A DNA stretch of 64,000 bases from Amphiscolops sp. MND2022 (GCA_964187785.1 OZ076409.1:85314001-85378000), one strand, 5' to 3'; positions 1-13,646 are shown, numbered from the stretch's first letter. Notes: generated by a model not told the origin, from the letters alone. Numbers and translations are program-made.

Positions 1-7
1 TTCAGTG

Positions 8-395
8 CGTTTTTCCACTTTTCTCAGCACTGAATGGGAGTTTTTACATGCAGCTTTCACCACTACACGTTATTTTTTATAGAAAAAGAGGAAATGAGAG
101 CGCATAGGCTCCTAGCTAACAAAAAGACGGAGTGCCGTGGGGTTTTAATTGTGTACTCAGACACTCCTGAAACTGGCTAAAAATCAGGGTTTTTCAACTT
201 TTCTCACCACTGGAAAGGAATTTTTGCACGCAATTTTCACCACGTTATTTTCACCACGTTTCACCTGCGTTATTTTTATTGTAAAAACAGAAAATGAGAG
301 CGCATAGGCTCCCAGGACTCGAAAACACTAAGTGCCCTAGAGGTTTTAATTTTGCACTCTGGTATTCCTGAAACTGTTCAAAAATCAAGGTTTTT
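8..395. repeat. Two diverged ~180-200 bp tandem units, probably internal repeats of a larger element
   Basis: The block 'ttttc(c/a)acttttctca(g/c)cactg...aaatgagagcgcataggctcc...ttttaatt...ctcctgaaactg' occurs at ~10-190 and again at ~190-395. Confidence 0.7.
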
Positions 396-1509
396 GGACC
401 TGTGATCACTAAGAAAACGTTACAAACTCTTCTAAATCCTGTTTTTGGTACTGTGGAGTGTGCCTCCAACTGTCAGTAGCATAGAAGAGGCAATTACATC
501 ACTATCTGGCACTCTCCCAGTAGCATTTCATGGTGGTTTTTTGCCATTTTCGCCAAAAATTGGGTTTTTTCATACAAAATGCGTCCCAAAAAGGACTCCA
601 ACGGCCTTTTTGGTATTCTTTACATTATGTAACAGTACCCTAGAGGTTTTGAGCTGCTTTTCATCCCTTTTTGCAACCTCTGTGATAAAAATCTAGAGCG
701 CCTAGGCTCGTACCAAGAAAAACACTCAAAAATGCTAAAATAGACGTTTTTGCTACTTTTGCACCCAAAATCGGACTTTTCTCACTGACAACTGTTGCAA
801 AAGCACTCACTAGGTTGTTGCAAGGAAAAACTAGCATGAACAAATGATTCCCCAATAAAAATTACACAATCGAAAAAAAATTTTCATACCATACTCCAAA
901 AAATTGATTATTCCGGAATGAGGGGTGTTACCTTCGTTGTCTTCTTTCTCAACATCCACACCAGCTAGAGAAAAACTGTTTAAACTGTCAGCAACGTCAA
1001 CACTTGTTCTACCTTTCCACCAAATTCCATCCTTCTATGACGTCTGTAGCAGAAATGGGAGAGGAGAGTCGGGAACACTCGTTTCAGCTCATCTATCAGT
1101 CAGATGGAATATGGCGCATCCATCAATCGAATACCTCGTACATAGCTAAAAACGCTGAAATGAGCTGTAAAACACATGTTACAACATGCGTAACGGCTTT
1201 CTAGCGGTTCGCTAAGCCATTACAAAGGTACCCGCTGATGGGAACGTGCAATTTTAGACGATACCTGTCAACAAATACCTGTTATCAAAACATACCATAG
1301 GTATTCGGAAAAATCCCGTGAAAGATTGGAAAAATACCAAAATATAAGATGATATCATCTGAAAAACATGGAAAAACTCTGGGTAAACGTCTCCTTCCAG
1401 AGCCAAATCGTTCTTGGCGTCAAACACCAGAGGGCCGGAAATTTTAAAACCATGAAAGAAAGCTTCCCAAAGACGATCTCTCTGTGGTCGCCAAAAAATG
1501 AAGTTCCAT

Positions 1510-2110
1510 GTAACGGCAAGCGCTAAGCGTTTGGGACGAAACATTGGAGTGGAGGAACTGACACTATGGATATGGTCCGGGACAAACCACCATAGCACCA
1601 GCTCACTTTGTCCTCCTGTGGGTAGCCGGTCCCGAGGAGGGGAACCGTCTTAAAGGATGCTCTCCGGCCTGTTCCAGTCTGTAACTGCTACTAGTCACAT
1701 GTAATACGCTTTTTCCTCGTATCCACTGTGTAAATAGCCTTTAAAAACAATGCCAAGGATAAACAGTGTAAATTTCCAATTCCAGGGTGAAATTCCAGGG
1801 TGACATGTGAATAAGGTCTAAAATGGGTACTAAGATCTAAACTGCGAAAACTAGCGCATGGACTAGCTAAAAACAGTAGAAACACATCCAAATAGGCACG
1901 AATATGGCCAACCACACAGCTACAAGCTGGGGCGCAGGGACTCCAAGCACCAAAAAAGGATAATGAAGCGAAAAGACGCATTTTTCCGGTTCTTGCTACT
2001 TTGGGTAGCATAATGCTGAAAATCGGTAAAAACCGGAGTTAGCACCTCAAAAAGAGTCTATTTATGAGTTTTCTACGCGTATAGGCTTCTACACTCCGTG
2101 TTCCCGTTCG
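1510..2110. repeat. Dispersed repeat; inverted copy at ~40020-40589
   Basis: 1626-1689 (ccggtcccgaggaggggaaccgtcttaaaggatgctctccggcctgttccagtctgtaactgct) is the near-exact reverse complement of 40408-40473; flanking blocks also align. Confidence 0.85.
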
Positions 2111-3617
2111 GTCGTCTCCGCGGGCGGCTTGCTTCGTCTTCTGAATTGATTTTTGACAGGTACTTTGGCCAAAGCATGCTCAATTTGCCACGTCAGATTT
2201 GAACGAATTTTTGGTCGATTTTTCTGAAAACTCGTTGTACCACCGGGTTTCGTTACATTAAGTAAGGTTGCCCTAGAACTATACCCTATTCTCAAATTTT
2301 GCGTATATGCTATGGTTCTTGGGTATAGCTATTGGAAACGCTGGTTGGAAGCTGGAAAGAACTCTCCACTTGGTCTAGAGGGTTTCTCTGCGTGGTGAGC
2401 TTGTTTCTATGCGTGTACGACTAAAAAAGTTTTGCAGAGAAGACAAAAGGCCTCGTTCAGGTTTTTCGGCACTGTTCGGCTGTTTTTAGAAAACTAATTT
2501 TCCGCAAATTCATGTTCTTCGATGCTTTCGATCTAGTAGAAGCGTTTTACGAGTCTCGAGACTTCCTCCTCCCCTATGAGTTTTTTGGCACTGTAAGACT
2601 TTTTTGAATTTTCACCGTTAGATCCTTCTTTAGTTTCTGTGATTAATTCATCCAGGACAAAGCGTTTTATAATCGGCACTGTGCGACTTTTTTTTCGTGT
2701 TCCTGAAAAAGGGTATTGAGGGAACTGTTCTCACGCAGGTTTGTTAATTAATTATCCATTCTGTGGGGTTCCTTAGTACAGTCATTCAGCGCCTTTACAA
2801 GAATCTAGAATCATCGATTCGGGTCGATTGCCATATCGGTTGTAACGCCTATTCGTATTCTAATATCCAGTTTTGCAGCTCTCTTGGCTTTTGATCATGC
2901 GTCTTGCTCTGAAGTGGTAATTGCTCAAAATATGGGACTTGTTGGAAGCAATCAGACGCGTAACCTGTCACGGTACAACTGGATTTGAGTTTCTCATCAA
3001 AAATGTCCAATGGCCAGTTAGGCCAGAAGGTGCCCCTAGTTTTGCTTCTAACTGTTGAATCGTACTCAAATGTGTGAATAAGTCTCAGTAAGACAATTAT
3101 CATCTGCCGTCTTTCTTCCCACTGTGAGAATTCTTGAAACTCTTGATAAGAATCTTGAAATCCGTGAAACTCTTTTGTAGGGATCTTGGCAATACTCTTA
3201 CCAAGAACGCCAAGAATATGCAAGATTTTGCCAAGACTTTTGAAAGAAAAGCTAACTATTGTAAATACAAATGAAGAGAATCCTAATCTTCTTTAAAGTA
3301 AAAATTTCCACTGAAATCTTGCCAAACACGAATTTGTTTGCATTTGAAAGAAATGTAAGCTAGCTGTTTTGTTACTACTGCTAGGATATCAAAAGTCAGA
3401 CCACGACACAAATATGACCTGAGATAACTCGGATATCTTAACTCAAAAACTTAAATTTGACACGAATGGTGATCTTTGATCGGAGGTGTTTCCCAATTGA
3501 CATCATCATAGCATCATAGTTTTTGGTTACTTATATGTTATCAATTCAGTAGGTTTTCTGTTTGTTTGGTAAAATCCAACACTTGCTCCTTCTGTGACGT
3601 TTATCAACCCTGAGCCT

Positions 3618-4080
3618 TGCTGAAACTGCTTGCACTTTTTGAAAGAACTTTAGAGTTACCAGCAACTTTTATTATGATTTTCCGAAACTCTTACGGAAAT
3701 TTCCATCAGAAAACATTTCCCTGTTGTATTCGACTTTTATCAAGCTGCTTGATGATTCATCAAGGGTTTGGCAGCAATTTCAAGCCTTTTGCCGGTTTCA
3801 TCAAGCAACTGTCCAAATTTTGATTGCAACGAAGTCGCAATTAGATCAGTTTCACCGACATTTTAATGTAACGTGATGAACGGCAAACTAGTTGCAACAC
3901 GCAGTGATTACATCAAATGAGTAGTTGAGAAATCAATTTGTCAATACAACGTGATAATGTTCGCAACGAAGTGGAAAACATTTACAGTTTTAAATGCAAT
4001 AGTGAAAACTGCAGTGCAATCTTTCAAGATTTACCACCGGATAACTACTTCATTTTGTTGAATTTATAAGAAGTAACCCT
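3618..4080 (+). repeat. Dispersed ~450-bp repeat; other copies at ~11270-11760 and ~15745-16150
   Basis: Shared collinear blocks 'aactg(c/t)ttg(a/c)acttttt...ttacca(a)gc...tttatcaagctgc...ttt(g)(g/a)c.gcaatt...tttgc(c/a)ggtt(t/g)cat' in all three copies. Confidence 0.75.
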
Positions 4081-4639
4081 GCATGCCAGCCTGTAGCATG
4101 TAAAAAGTTCCTCTAGGTATTGGACATTTTTGGGTATGAACAAAATGACACCAAGATTTATGTTCAAATCTTAAGAGATTTCGTCCGTTAGAGTGATCAA
4201 CGAAAACAAAACTAGCTATGCAGTACGCCTTCTAAAACAAAAGTTTGCAACTAGTTTTTGATCAAAAATGTCAGATAGTCTCGAAAACATTCGGAAATCC
4301 CAAAATTTTACACCTGGATGCAATTTTTGTAAAAATTTTGGGAAATTTCGTGGCTTGGAATAATCAAGAAAAACCAACAGATGAACTAGCTTTCAAATCA
4401 CTTTTCAATTCTTGTTACAAACGTGCCTCAAAAACTTCAAAAACTAAAAAAAAGACAAATATTAAGTTTTTCAAAACTTAGGACCATTGTTTGCTCAGTT
4501 TATGGAATATTTGGCATGTTAGAACATCTACTGTCTTCGAGATTGAAACAAGAGTTTATCCCGCAAGGTTTTTAGAAGAGAAAGTTGGAAGTTCCTAAAG
4601 AAAATTTCTCCCAAACGTTTTCCTCCAGAATGCTTTTTT

Positions 4640-4878
4640 TATTTTCCGCCCCCACAAATTTTTTTGTGAATCGGGGAAGGAATATCATAATCTGTGTTGC
4701 GTTTTTTTACCAATTCTGCCAAACCTCCATGATATCCATCCACTTCAGTTAGTACCTAATTTAGTACATTGGCTCAGTTGGTAGTGCGTCTGCCTGGCAG
4801 ACACGAGGTTGTGGTTTCGAACCCAGGCTTATGCGTTACATTTTTAGCGGAAAATATCTCGGTGCTTAGCGTCTTGTC
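4640..4878 (+). mobile_element. Short non-autonomous element with an internal tRNA-like (A-box/B-box) cassette, copy 1
   Basis: TGGCTCAGTTGG (A box) and GTTTCGAACCC (B box); subterminal inverted pair tattttccgc / gcggaaaata; ends gcgtcttgt. Confidence 0.75.
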
Positions 4879-4929
4879 GAATTTTCAAATCCGGAAAGAA
4901 TCAGATCAGAAAAATACGACCAATAAATA

Positions 4930-5418
4930 ACAAGACGGGAACGTCTCAAGTCGGCGCTATATCTAAGGCTCAGAAAGCGCAAAACATTTTTTTTGGAAAA
5001 AAACTTGAAATTTTCGAAAAAAAAATTCTTTCGGAACATGTCGCACAGTGCCGAAAAATGTAAAAGGGGGACCCTTTTTGATTTATAAACACGCATTCTG
5101 TAGCAAAATAACAAAAAAACTCAAAGGGGGGACCCTTTGGGGATATTAAAAAGATTTCGAAAAAAAGTCTCACAGTGCCGAAAAAAATAGAAAGGGGGGG
5201 ACTTTAGTCCCGTCCGGGCTTGTAGGTAACTTTTAAAAAGTAAATGAATGCGCTCCCCGTTTGCCTTTAGCGGTCCAGTAGTTTAGTACTGTATTTAGTA
5301 GTTGAACGTTAATTTTAACGTTCGTCGCTTCGAGTCTGTCTTAAATAAAAAAAAAACAAAAAAAAACGAGTGACTGTAATAGTCGGGCTCTTTTCTTAAG
5401 AAAAGCGCCGACTAAAAA
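4930..5418 (-). mobile_element. Helentron/HINE (DINE-1-like) non-autonomous element
   Basis: Subterminal inverted repeats agtcggcgc (~4949) and gcgccgact (5405-5413). One end has the hairpin agacg-ggaa-cgtct; the other has agtcgggctcttttc-ttaa-gaaaagcgccgact plus an A-run. Confidence 0.65.
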
Positions 5419-6075
5419 TGAGTAAAAGAACGAATTGTTAATATTTGTGAAAGTTTTCACTAATTTTTGTGCAATATTTGAAGGATTTTATCAAATAAAA
5501 GAGTTCAAAGAAAAAACAATTCTCTTTTCAGCATACCCTCTGAAAAATAGAAAATTTTTGATCTTTCATTCCCACGAAACTCCTTGAGAACAACAAAACA
5601 GTAAGAACTTGTCAATTTGTGTTTTGTATTAGAGTTTAGAGCTGTTTTTAGTCAACGTTTTTCGAAGAAAAAAACCAACAAAAGCAGTGGCTTTTTCAAG
5701 ACAAGAAATTCAAAGTCCTCTGTGAGCCTCCTGATGCTTATGTAACTTAGTTACCTTAGTACCTTCCAACTGCCAGCTGTCCCTGAGGGTAAATCAGAAA
5801 GTGTTAGAAGCATAAGTACGCCGGTTTGAGTCGCTCACTAAGCTGAAGATTTTAGGCTCGCAAAAATTGAGCAGAGAACAAGGGTCCATGTGATATTTTT
5901 TGTTCGCTACTCTGAGAATCTAGTCAACTCTCGCTTCTAAAGCTACCTGAATCATTGTGAATGAAATCCATGTAGGAGTGCTTTGAACATATTTTACAAC
6001 TTGTTCCAGCTTCCGGGCTCCTGTGTAGTCTCAGACTGAAAGGGCCATAATTGCATTTCATCTGCTTTCAAGCTT

Positions 6076-8516
6076 TGTCACAGCCCGCTCCCGGTCTGGG
6101 GTGCAGTTGCAGGAGGATAGCAATTGGGAGAGGACACAGCAGCAGCCTGCGATTCCCCAAACGGTATTTTAATTATTAACTCCAAACATAAGTACTCGCA
6201 ATTTAGAATAAACTGTGACTGAAAATACAAAATGTACGTCTATGTTTCGCAAACCTTAAACGGAAATGAAAACAGGAAATTAAATGGACCAAAATGATTT
6301 CACCCATTTCCGGTAACACGTTTTTGCCACGTCAGAATAAAAAAATTCGCCACCTGAAAGCTAATTTAAAATGCGTCTTGAAATAACAAATCAATAACTA
6401 ATCTAATTGAAAACATATCCGAAACCATCTCTAAGAAAGAACATCAATCAGATCTAAAACAGAAATTACATTGAGATGGCACACTGAGAAGATTACTCCT
6501 CTTCTAAGAAAAGGCAGCCTAAATACACTTTGAACAACATTTAGTGTGGTTTAGAACGACGATATTGCGCTAAGTAAACAAAGCGGCAGTGAGAATAAAC
6601 ATGCATGTACATTTGTCGTCACTAGGACGCAGACAAGTTTTGGAAGTATACCAAGTGACTTCACTGCTCCGTCCATGCACACCAGAAAATCATTCCATTA
6701 TCCGCCTGTACTAACGGCCATATTAGAAACCATTCCGTTTTTCCGCCAGTATGACATCATGGCCTTGGAAACTAGCAAGAAATTGTTCTAAATATTCGTC
6801 AGCATTGCGTCAAACTAGTCAAAATCTTACTTCTGCCAAGAAAACTCGTCAACATGAAGTTGACAAGTTTATGAAATCAAATAAATTAGGTAACTCTGCT
6901 ATACTAGTTGAGAAAACGTGTCAACGCTACGTCGCAAATCCATCAAAATAACCGTCTTAGTCCATCCTTTGTAATGAAATGAAAGCAGCTGTAATAACTT
7001 TAGTACTAGGAAGGCGCTGGGGCACACATAATTAACTAGAATAAGGGTAAAATGGTTTTTAAGATGCGTCTACATGTGGTCAAATAAAATATTGCCAATT
7101 TAGGTATTTGCGTTAAGACTTAATATAGTCGAAACTTCCACATTTTTTGAGACGAAAATCACAGTTTATTCCAAGGAACTTAATACGGATAATACTTACA
7201 CTGCTCACTGTAAACCTTTGATATTGTTCTGTACGAGTTGACGCTGTCTCAACGTATTTGGCAAATCAAACGTTGTAAAACAAAGAAAACAATATTTTGA
7301 TAATAAAGCTATATTTTTCCAAATACTGCATTTGTATCTCATTGCTATGTTCATGTTCTAATGCCGTTCGAACTCTGCACTGCAAGTTTTAGACGACTAT
7401 TTTATTACTTGGAGTTGACGTTACTGTTTAGTATTTCAGTTTTGTTAATCTAATCTAACGTCGCTGACACGTTGAGCTATAATTATATTATTTGTGTTAT
7501 TTCAGATGTAAAGATTATGCATAATATTCCAGCCTTAAATTAAGTCCTTTCATCATTAACCAGTCCCTCTATTCTCCTAGCATCTCCGAATATTTCAAGC
7601 AAAACCGAATTAGACATACTTTTCTTGAAGTCAAAATTCAAGTTCAAGCGCTAGTTGTTCACGTCAGCGTCATCTCCGCGTCGATGTTCCTACCAACCAA
7701 AGCAGCAAAACAGGGAAATATTTCCGGTTTGACAGACTGAAGTAATATCTACTGTCAGCTTGGGAGGAAACAAAAGGACGCCGGATTGAAATGATATGAT
7801 TATAGTTGATGATCAATACTAGATTGAAATTGTCGTGTCTCAAAATTTGACAAAATTTCGATGCAAATTTTGGATCTAAAGTATTTTTTTAATCGAAAAT
7901 AGAGGAAAAGACTAATTGTTCGAAGAGAAGTAGCAATTTATACGATATCAAATGATGCTAGGAGTGTATAAATATGGAGAACTTCGGTTCTCAAGGCACT
8001 CAGTCTTCTCTCATTTGTAAAAATCAGTTGTGTCACGATTTCTCAATTGTCAATCCAATTCTCAACTTTGTTGAAAAATACAGTTTGAAATTGAAAACTC
8101 GAAATGAACCTCGTCATTGTGTAAACTACAAGAAGCCAAAAGAGAACAAACAATTAACGGGAGGGCACCGAAAAAGTAAGTGAAGGTTTAGTTTCACCAA
8201 ATGTAGTGGAAAATCCTTTCCTATGATTCAAGACATAAGCGTTGCGGGACCGTCAAAGCCAAAATCTCCCAGTATCGAAAATAGTCTCTTAGACAGTTTG
8301 AGAGCTTCTTTGAAAGAAGAAATTACTTCATAATTTAAGAGCCTTATCGTAGAATCCCAGAAAGAGATGTTAAAGCTGCTAAAACCTAAGACAGGAGAAA
8401 ATATAAAAGAAAACATTGAAGAGGAAATGGAAAATGAAACTAGGAGTTTCTACACCCCCACGAGAGCTGTTAGAATCAATTCAACCAAAACGACGACCCG
8501 AACGAAAGTAGTAACA
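6076..8516 (+). mobile_element. Probable solo LTR (Ty3/Gypsy-like) with a decayed gag N-terminus at its 3' end (~8125-8516)
   Basis: Ends TGTCAC...GTAACA; flanks agctt / atctt (5-bp TSD with 1 mismatch). The 3' part translates, with a frameshift and stops, as TTRSQKR...VAGPSKPKSP...LRASLKEEIT...ETRSFYTPTRAVRINST. Confidence 0.55.
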
Positions 8517-8589
8517 ATCTTCCAAAAGCTTTTTTTCTCACTTATTACAGCGTCAATTGCTTGTAGGATTTGTGAATTCAAAACTTTTT

Positions 8590-9735
8590 GAGGCTCGAGC
8601 TTAGAGAGGTGCCCATATGGTCGAGCATTGTCTGAGGCTCGAGCTTTGCGAGGTGCCATATGGTGACGTTTTTTTCGCAGATTTCGTGACATGTTCCTTG
8701 CGAGGTGCCAATATGGTGACGTTTTTTTGCAGAATTCGTGACATGTGCGTAACTTGTGAGGCAAATTTCTCAAACCCCATAACAGATATGGACATTATGA
8801 TTCCGCTGAATGTTGCGCAGCATCCTCGGCTACATTTTCGTGGAAAAAAATGCAAAAAAAAAAATCGGCTTCATGGGCTTTTTCAAAAGAATTTTTGAAA
8901 AAACAATAGTTTCGACTGTTTTTTAGCTTTGAACCCCTATATCTCAGAACTGAGACTAAATACGGGGCACATGGTTGCGTAAATTGTACAAGCGTTTCCT
9001 AGGCTACATTTTAGCCTAAAAATGACGCCAAATCTTTTTTCATACTGGGCAAGAAGAGATGTGGCAAATGTCGAAAAATTTTTTCTCATTCGTTTCTCAT
9101 ACTTCTCAAAACCAAAAGGGCATGGATGTAGGCTACTTTTTGGATCAACAACGTTTCCGTCATCAAGTATGTCGCCTTCGTTTTTCTGCCAAAATTGCTT
9201 GAATTTTTTCAGAAAACTTTTTTTTGTTCTTTCATACTCGAGCTCCTATATCTTATCACCGAGGCCAAATACGGGGTTCATGGTTGTTTAAATTGTACGA
9301 TGGTTCTATGGGCTACGTTTTGGGTTAAAAGTGGCGGCCTCGAAATGTTTTCGTTCGGTTTTTTCGGGCAAACATAGAGATGAAAATTTGTAACTTTTTT
9401 TCCATTTTTTTCCATTTTGTAGCTCTGAACTGAAAGGAAACAAAAAACAATCTTCCTCACAAAGTGAGGCAAGGCGGTAGGCTAGTTTTTGTACCATCAA
9501 AGTTTCCGTCATCAAGTATGACGCCATCGTTTTCGGCCAAGATTACATTTCATTTTTCTTAAAACGAATATCAAATCATCTTTTTAGTTCTTTTATCAAA
9601 ATATCCTGATCTGAGATTAGATAAGTTCACTAGGTCTATGGCCCTGGAATTTACCCAATTTGTAGCATCTTCTTCAGACCATTGAACGTTTCTGCTCCAG
9701 GCCAAGAGCGACATGCTGTCGCGCCTATGTTTTAA
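8590..9735 (+). repeat. Dispersed element with internal ~360-bp repeats; inverted copy at ~43470-44940
   Basis: ccatatggtgacgtttttttcgcagatttcgtg matches the reverse complement at ~44885-44920. The terminal hairpin gcgacatgctgtcgc(gcctatgttt) matches ~43472-43497. Confidence 0.8.
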
Positions 9736-9869
9736 TTTCATCTAGCTTTTTGACATTTGAGTAGTCAGTTCTTTTGAACATAGGTTCAAATGTCTAGTAG
9801 TTTTTGCAAGTCCTATACGGTTTAACCTACTGTTTGAATTCAACACTGACCGAAATTAATCAACAATAC

Positions 9870-10004
9870 ATTTCCCCCTTCGTCTGGTTCAACAGAGTTC
9901 ATGTCTACATCGATTTTCCTGTCTAGTGAACTTTCTAATTCGGACATTAGGTCTGATTGGCAGGCGCCAATCTCTCTTGCTTTCGATTTTCAGTTAGACC
10001 GCAT
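9870..10004 (-). pseudogene. Decayed LTR-borne gag N-terminus
   Basis: Minus strand reads MRSN*KSKAREIGACQSDLMSELESSLDRKIDVDMNS, similar to MPATRKQKARDKRSRHSDVMSDIQNLD at 37274. Confidence 0.45.
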
Positions 10005-10340
10005 TACAAAGAAAGAATGCTACTTCAAGAGAAATTTTTACTACCCAAAAAACTAGAGAACAATGAAGTAGAATAAGGATAAATCAACTATGCTACATTG
10101 AACATTGCATTAGTTCAAAAACCACGCGTGGCAGGGCGTGCAATTGAAACCAACGAACCCGCAGTCCGTCTGCCTACACAAAACAGATGCGTCTGTTTGG
10201 TTAATATTAAGGTGGAACACGCATCGAAAGGGCAAGAGCACAGGCCTGATTGAGCGCGTTCTCTCTGAGCTCAAATAGCTGATTGTATTGCTTCACCTAA
10301 TTGTCAGATCAGATAACATGATGAGTCAAATAAACGTACT

Positions 10341-10540
10341 NNNNNNNNNNNNNNNNNNNNNNNNNNNNNNNNNNNNNNNNNNNNNNNNNNNNNNNNNNNN
10401 NNNNNNNNNNNNNNNNNNNNNNNNNNNNNNNNNNNNNNNNNNNNNNNNNNNNNNNNNNNNNNNNNNNNNNNNNNNNNNNNNNNNNNNNNNNNNNNNNNNN
10501 NNNNNNNNNNNNNNNNNNNNNNNNNNNNNNNNNNNNNNNN
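10341..10540. other. Assembly gap (200 N)
   Basis: Run of N. Confidence 1.
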
Positions 10541-10794
10541 TGTTTCCTAGCCTTGAGGGGGACCTCATTGAATTTTCTCTGATTTTGTGACTTTGATTAG
10601 TTTCTTGAATGATTGTGGAAAAGACCGCCTATGGTTTTCGACGCTGTGAAACGTTTTGCTGGAGAATTTTTTTAGAGAACTTTCATTTCCTAATTTATTC
10701 AATTAGTTTTCGAGTCTTGTGAGTATCACTTCGGGTATTTTTGGCCTTGTAAACTTGAGAAAATTTTCATAATAGTGTTCCTTTGCATATTTAA

Positions 10795-11073
10795 AACAAG
10801 ACGCCCGCCAAGCACCGGGATATTTTCCGCTTAAAATATAACGCCTCAGGTCGAACCCATGACCTCGTGCCTGACAGGCACACGCACTACCAACTGCGCC
10901 ATGGCGCTATTTTAGTTACTTGACTATTATATAGTTACTAGTAAAAAGTCAAGTAACTAAAAAGTAGTCAAGTAACTAAATGGATTGGGGATAAAGTGGA
11001 GTTTTGGCAGAATTTGGAAAAAAGCGCAACACAGATCATGAATTTCCTCCCCCATTTATGTGGGTGGAAAATA
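10795..11073 (-). mobile_element. tRNA-cassette-containing element, copy 2
   Basis: Reverse complement contains tggcgcagttggtagtgcgtgtgcctgtcaggcacgaggtcatgggttcgacc...gcggaaaatatcccggtgcttggcgggcgtcttgt. Confidence 0.75.
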
Positions 11074-13166
11074 AAAAGTGCTTTTTAACCATGAGCGGAG
11101 CACTGAAAAGCACCGTTCCCTGCTTGTTGTGATTCGGGAATATTAAACTTTACTTCCGACTATTTTTGGCATCGGGCTTGCACATTTTTGAAAATTTACG
11201 TGGGTACTGGTATCACACGTTTCAATAACAAAATAATTGTGTACTAAGCAGGTTGTTAATGCTGCCCTGGTTGGAACTGCTTGAACTTTTCACAAGTTTT
11301 GTAGGTTACCAAGCTCATTTTTCATGATTTTATAAAATTCTCAAGGAAACCTCCATGCATTAAAACTTCACTGATGCTATTTAAATTTATCAAGCTGCCT
11401 ATAAGATGCATCTTAAATTTGACGGCAATTCTGAGCCGCGAAGTTTTGCAGGTTTCATGAAGACGCCGTTCTATATTTGAAAGCAGCTGAGACCGTCATC
11501 AATTTTACCGGCAATGCAAACTTTTGCCTTCAATGCAAATAAATGTCAGTCCATTATAAGTTTCAATGTAGCGTCATATTCAGCGTGCTATTTGACTAAT
11601 GGTGTTTACTTAAAGTAGGTGCTTGAGAAACTTACGCGTGAAAAAGTGTTCGCGGTGGTGAAGAAGTTGAAATGTTTTCAGTTTTAACTCAAATAGTTAA
11701 AGCTGCATAGTAATCCTACAAAATGTTTCAATGCACGGTCCCTGAATTTTCCATGTTTTATAAAAAATTAGCGGCATTTTTTGAAAGGTGCCTGTAAAAC
11801 TTCGCGGCAAATTCGACTATGGTAGTGTTTTCTTTCAAAATATGATGTCTCAAAAGGTTTGAAATTTATCAAACTTTGCATTTTCATATCTCATTGGCTA
11901 CTCTGTTATTTATGCCTGGAAATTATGCCGTTGCTATAACAAGAAAAAACTTTTCCCGCTTTCTTTTCTGAAAACTTTTTGACTTTTTTAGAGCGCAATT
12001 TATTTATGGTAATATTTTCATAAGTAAATTATAGTAGAAATAAACACATAAATACATAAAAAATATTTAGATACATAAACTAGAAATATAAATAAAAAAT
12101 AAACACATAATAGACACATAAATAAACATATGTCTTAAGCAGTGTTCTATAAATAATGAAGCTGATATAGCCCATAACTAACTGCTGCGAATATTCTAAC
12201 GGATAAGCAATATTACAACATTTTGTAGCTTAAAAAGATTTTCAGAGGATATTTTCTCAACACATCACCGACGCACTTTACATTTGAATGCCAGCTTGTC
12301 ACGTTTCGCTAAATTTCAACTGAGACATGATGTTTTCAGCAGCTGTTTCCAAAGTTTTTCTTTTAATCTAAGCGTTTTATCTTTTGAGAAATACAAAGCA
12401 ATTCCTGTGATCCGATTCATTATGCTTCTAATTTTTCTCATTCGTACAGAAGATAATTTTGTTTGCGACAGTGCATTGTTAATGAAGATTGATCACGACT
12501 CCAAAAAAAAACAATTTGTTTCTGTTCAATTTGCAAACTGAGAAACTTCGGTGATTTTGTCTCGTATTACTTTTATGCTGAAAGAATCTCCTTCATTTCA
12601 TTTTTTCTTTCCAATAAGCATAGTTGCTTAAGCGTTAAAGTTTTTACCGTTACATTATTCAAAACAATAGTCTTCTTACTAATTTTTTTCAAAAGGTTTT
12701 GTAAGAGCAATTCGCTTTTTACTTTGTTGCGAATCGACTCAAAGTTACATCATGGAAACTTGTCTTCATTTCCCGCTGCAATTTCGACTGTCAACAGACG
12801 TTGTTGGAATGAAAAAAGCCTATTAATTTTGTTCCCGACAATTTTTCCACCATCTGTTATTTGTTGTTCATTACTTGGTTGAAAAGTACAAATTACATAC
12901 ATCAGACGTAACAAAAATATTTCGAAAATTCTATTCCTTCATGCAGTCAATTAAAATGTTGGTCTCAACTATTCAAAGACTAATCGTCCGCTGATTGGCT
13001 GTTTCTTTGGAAAATGGGAAAAATCTGAGAAGCTTTATTATCATTTTTCCCACTGAATATTTCAGCAACTACGCTCTCAGAAATGTTTTCTGCACTTTTT
13101 CATTACAAAAATTACTGTTGAGGGGTCCCCCATTTTCTTTTGGTTTTTGTAAATATCAATTCCTCA

Positions 13167-13646
13167 ATGGATATGACACCCAGTGAGAATCAAACGGCCC
13201 TGGAAATGCTATTGGGTGCCTCTAGTTCCGGTGGTCTTGTTGTGGGGTCCTCAGCTGGTGGCGTTTTTGGAGGCAGACAGCAGGGTGATGGGGGTCAGCG
13301 ATTACGTCACGGCGGCGGTGGTGGTGGTGGCAGGGGCAACTACGGGAGGGGAGTGTCGGCGGCGAGGGTGGAGGACACGGCGCTGACTGCAGAGGTGCCC
13401 GAGTGGCTGAACTACGTGGAGCTGGGGGTGACGGGCTGCTCGCTGGTGTTCGTGCTGGTGACCAGCTCGGTGGTGCTGGCAGTGATCGCGTGCACGCCCT
13501 CTCTGCACAGAATCCCAGGCATGGTCATGGCCCTGCTCTCCGTCATAGACATTCTGCTGGCCCTGTTCGACTCCGGCAACATCGTCATCAGACTCGCCGA
13601 CCAACTCTTCGCCCTCCAACTCAACTACTACCGCATATTCTGCCAA
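13167..13646 (+). CDS. Class A (rhodopsin-like) GPCR, coding exon 1 (N-terminus, TM1, TM2, start of TM3)
   Basis: ATG at 13167 (alternative 13173); NQT glycosylation sequon; Gly-rich N-terminus; hydrophobic TM1; TM2 LSVID (D2.50); ends ...RIFCQ (C3.25) at phase-0 donor CAA|gttagt. GC3 is high against the background. Confidence 0.88.

Noticed and set aside
2849..3223. 124-aa minus-strand ORF and other short ORFs such as 56066-56326
   Set aside because: No recognisable motif or codon bias; the 2849 ORF partly overlaps a caaga-rich repeat.
10288..10590. ORFs spanning the N run
   Set aside because: Artefacts of the assembly gap.
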